From Phoronis australis (taxonomy: Eukaryota > Animalia > Phoronida), in contig NMRA01000564.1 of assembly GCA_002633005.1 (NCBI GenBank), forward strand, positions 89,438 through 153,437: a stretch of DNA of 64,000 bases, given 5' to 3'. Below the pieces are notes generated by a model. The model saw nothing but the letters and a program-made list of their open reading frames with translations, searched no databases and was not told where the DNA came from. Both the position numbers and the translations under genes were made by a program. This document shows positions 60,981-64,000 of this stretch, piece by piece. The first letter of the stretch is position 1. Each line of letters starts with the position of its first letter.

Positions 60981-63926
60981 TTATGTTTGCTTCTCCAATT
61001 TCACGGCGCATTCGCAACAAAGCAGTTTGAACCTGAGTTCAACTGGAAAGGGCATAGCGAGCTTCTTCGCGGAAAGTGTTCGACATTGTGCCGGCACCAC
61101 GACTTCATAGGGTTTGTTGACACATCGGCCCCTCATGTTGCACGCGTAGTTGAGGCATGGGCGACTGAAAAGAGAGAATAGATCGAGGATTGTTTATTAC
61201 GTCGGATTTCGTAAGCAGGTGAAATCTCTTGAGGGTTGTTGACGGTTACAGAGCATCGTTCAGATTCTACATTGCGACACACAATTAAGATCCCGTTGTA
61301 ATTTTCTTTTTCAAGGGACAAGGGCCCACCTACTGTCCGTGCAATAGCTCGTGAAGGACTCAGAAAATTGACTTAGGTAAGACGATACTCTTAAATTTCA
61401 TTTAATTTTAACATAAAACTTAAATTTTTCACAAGTTCGTTTCAGGAAAGTGAACTTAAGTTTGACCTAAGTTTTTGACTTGAGTTTTGTCTAAATTTTG
61501 ACTAACTTATCTAATGCGGAAATTTCAAAGTTTGGAAGCTGAGACAAATCTTAGACTTAAGTAAAAAATGAACTTAAGTCAGTTTCAAGGAAAGGGACCT
61601 AGTACGTTAGCCGCTACACTACGAGGTCTGTGCTTCTGTAGAATTTCCGTGTAACCATTTTGGTTTGACCTAAGTTTTTGACTTGAGTTTTGTTTAAATT
61701 TTGACTAACTTATCTAATGCGGAAATTTCAAAGTTTGGAAGCTGAGACAAATCTTAGACTTAAGTAAAAAATGAACTTAAGTCAGTTTCAAGGAAAGGGA
61801 CCTAGTACGTTAGCCGCTACACTATGAGGTCTGTGCTTCTGTAGAATTTCCATGTAACCATTTTGGTTTTATAACTTGTTCATACATACTGAGGTGGGCC
61901 AAATCTGTTTGGGAGACTTAAAGGCCATTGTTTTGCAGTTGAAGATTTGACTTGGGATATACTTATTCATTATTAATCCGTAGTTGGTTTAGCGGGTGTT
62001 TCAGTCTGCCTCAGGGTGTTTAGTTTCTTCGACAACAATAAAAATTTTTGATATCAACATCGTGTTTTGCCTGGCCCAACCTGTTGTACTACATATATCG
62101 GTTTGATTTTTTTTGTTTGTAACTGAAACCATAAATCAAATTTTACAATTTATTTCCAACGTTTGCATGTGCGTGTCCAACAATAAGCAGTCCGAACTCA
62201 ACTTACGTCAGTACTGAAGTAGAACAGAAAACCAGAACGTTTACCTGCAGTTTGATTTCAGAGGTATTACCTCTGGACAGGCGGCAACGAGGAGTACTGA
62301 CGTGTTGATGTGATTGCAACAATACAACTAGAATTCAATATTAAAAATCTTTCCATGCAGCTCGTAAACGGCGGTGCTACGATTAACAGGTTATTAAGCA
62401 ATCTCTGCTAAAGGATAAAAATTCTGGCAATATTTACCGTAAATTATCAACTTAACTTTGTGCAACTGAAAAATGATGAATGCTGCTGCATAAGTCTTGT
62501 TACTATGGTAAGACGGTTTTTTAGTAACCGTTGCTTAGGAACTGTCGCTCCCAGTTAAAAATCGCCAGCATAGTCTAAAGTACCAATATGCCAAGTTTCG
62601 TGCTTTTGTCACAATTAGAGCAATTTTACCCCTTTTGCACCTTACCTTGCATCCAGACTATCCAATCGTGCCTATACTGTTAATTTAAATCGTTCTGATG
62701 ACCAAATTTGATTGCGACACTCGAAACGCATTCCGACATACTTACTCAGGCTCGATGCAGTGCCAGCTGATGAGTTCTTTGTCCTCAGTGAAGTAACAGT
62801 TATTATAGTTACCGCTGGTGTGGGGACCGACAGGAATGATTTCTTGCTTAACCTTGCAGTTGTTACATGCGCATATGCTGGGATGCATGTCTTGACCAGA
62901 GCAAGCAACGACAAGGCATAGTGCAGCGATGAATGTCTGTAATAACAATATTTAACTTTTTTCATAAATGCTTGCATTTATCGGGAATTTCCTAAAAGAA
63001 GCCCACCCAAACGTACGTCCACGGGCGTACCTTTGAATTTTTTTCCAAAAATATGTTCATGGGCGTATTTTCGGTATCTTCGTATCTTCGGATAGAAAAT
63101 ACGCCCGGACGTATATTCGCTTTTAATTGACGTTACTTTTCGAAATGTCGTTTTCTGCATAGCCGATCATTTCGAAAATTCCGGGTACTAAAGTTACATT
63201 CGCACTGGCAACTTTAAACGTTTTGGCTAAATCGTGTAATCTGAAAACGCCTTAGCAATAAAGGCGAAACGTTGTTTTTTATCTGCGCTATATAGTTTTT
63301 CGTTGCAACCGCCTAAACAGAGACACATCAGCCAAAAAAATGTTCATGCGTTACCGAAGAGCCACCTTTAGATTAAATTGGTGATTGTCATCCTCGTGAA
63401 AACGACTTGAATTTAGTCGTTGCAAGATTTGAGCTTTGCGCTTTTTAAAATGACTTTTTAACTACTGTATATTTCGATGTTTTCTGATCAAAAAACAATC
63501 TGTCAACTGCTCGTCACTTTGTCAATTTTTCTGCTAGAAGGCAAAGCACGTCTCTTTATTTGGTATGGCGAGACATAGACGTAGTACAGTTCCCTTATAT
63601 GGAAAATATGACTTTCGACCGTTGCTGTAAAAAATCTATGGCAATTTCAAGCAATTGATGCAAGTCCTCACAGACTGTTTAAAATTAGTTATAAAAGTAT
63701 AGTAGTATTCAACTTTATTCTGAAATGCACTTGGAATTATTTTTGGAAATTGATTGCTCCACTGGCTTGCTGTGCTCCTCGGATTCAGAGTGTGAACACA
63801 CGTGATAATCTGCCGCTAAAGGCAACACAATCGAAATATAGCAAACCAATAACAAAAGCTTTTAGACGTTCATCGCAAAATACGGTGACTGAAAAGCTTT
63901 CAGTCTATATTTACCTGCATCTCCAT
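60981..63926 (-). CDS. Secreted 12-cysteine cystine-knot-like protein, paralog 3 (128 aa, most divergent)
   Basis: Exons (minus) 63926-63915 (MEMQ|GTAAAT; less certain), 62936-62746 (191 nt), 61164-60981: MEMQTFIAALCLVVACSGQDMHPSICACNNCKVKQEIIPVGPHTSGNYNNCYFTEDKELISWHCIEPDRPCLNYACNMRGRCVNKPYEVVVPAQCRTLSAKKLAMPFPVELRFKLLCCECAVKLEKQT*. Confidence 0.85.
61461..61866. repeat. 203-bp tandem duplication in intron 2 of paralog 3
   Basis: 61461-61663 and 61664-61866 differ at only a few positions. Confidence 0.9.
63480..63780 (+). repeat. Dispersed repeat family, copy 3 (intron 1 of paralog 3)
   Basis: Matches 7830-8140. Confidence 0.7.
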
Positions 63927-64000
63927 GTTTCTGGCTGTCTCTGACGAACTTTTGTCCTTCTGATGTGACTAACCAAAAATGACGTCGTTTCTGCAGGCAA

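Noticed and set aside
60948-61181. Plus-strand 77-aa ORF with a signal-peptide-like start (similarly 30327-30632 and 32014-32232)
   Set aside because: These are antisense shadows of the minus-strand cysteine-rich exons, which have conserved splice sites and Cys pattern.
30513-63926. Assigning the 12-Cys genes to IL-17, glycoprotein hormone/bursicon or TGF-beta
   Set aside because: They lack the IL-17 RSxSPW...RxP motif. The CxGxC motif of glycoprotein hormones, bursicon and TGF-beta is absent, and the Gly in YGC is not conserved among the paralogs.

Overview
AT-rich animal genomic DNA with spliceosomal GT-AG introns, probably a marine invertebrate (inference; no species can be named). Most ORFs in the supplied track are spurious; the real genes appear only after splicing. 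I hand-spliced five intact genes. (1) EXOG, a mitochondrial endo/exonuclease (+, 774-5786, about 359 aa, SRGH active site). (2) A 19-20 exon receptor tyrosine kinase (+, 10317-27176, about 973-1027 aa) with a MET/RON-type kinase and IPT stalk, but with TSP1 + EPN/WND C-type lectin + EGF modules where MET/RON have Sema/PSI. (3-5) Three tandem minus-strand paralogs (30513-32539, 52949-56451, 60981-63926) encoding about 129-aa secreted proteins with 12 invariant cysteines, a Spaetzle/neurotrophin-like cystine-knot spacing and no prodomain. They lie tail-to-tail with the receptor. The rest is mostly transposon debris: three TTAA-flanked Kolobok-type elements (THAP plus P2X7-C-terminal-like genes), hAT- and Mutator-like non-autonomous elements, MITEs, tRNA-derived SINEs, LINE and Penelope remnants, and tandem repeats. 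The most interesting candidate system is the lectin-RTK next to a diversifying cystine-knot gene array. A functional link between them is only a hypothesis.
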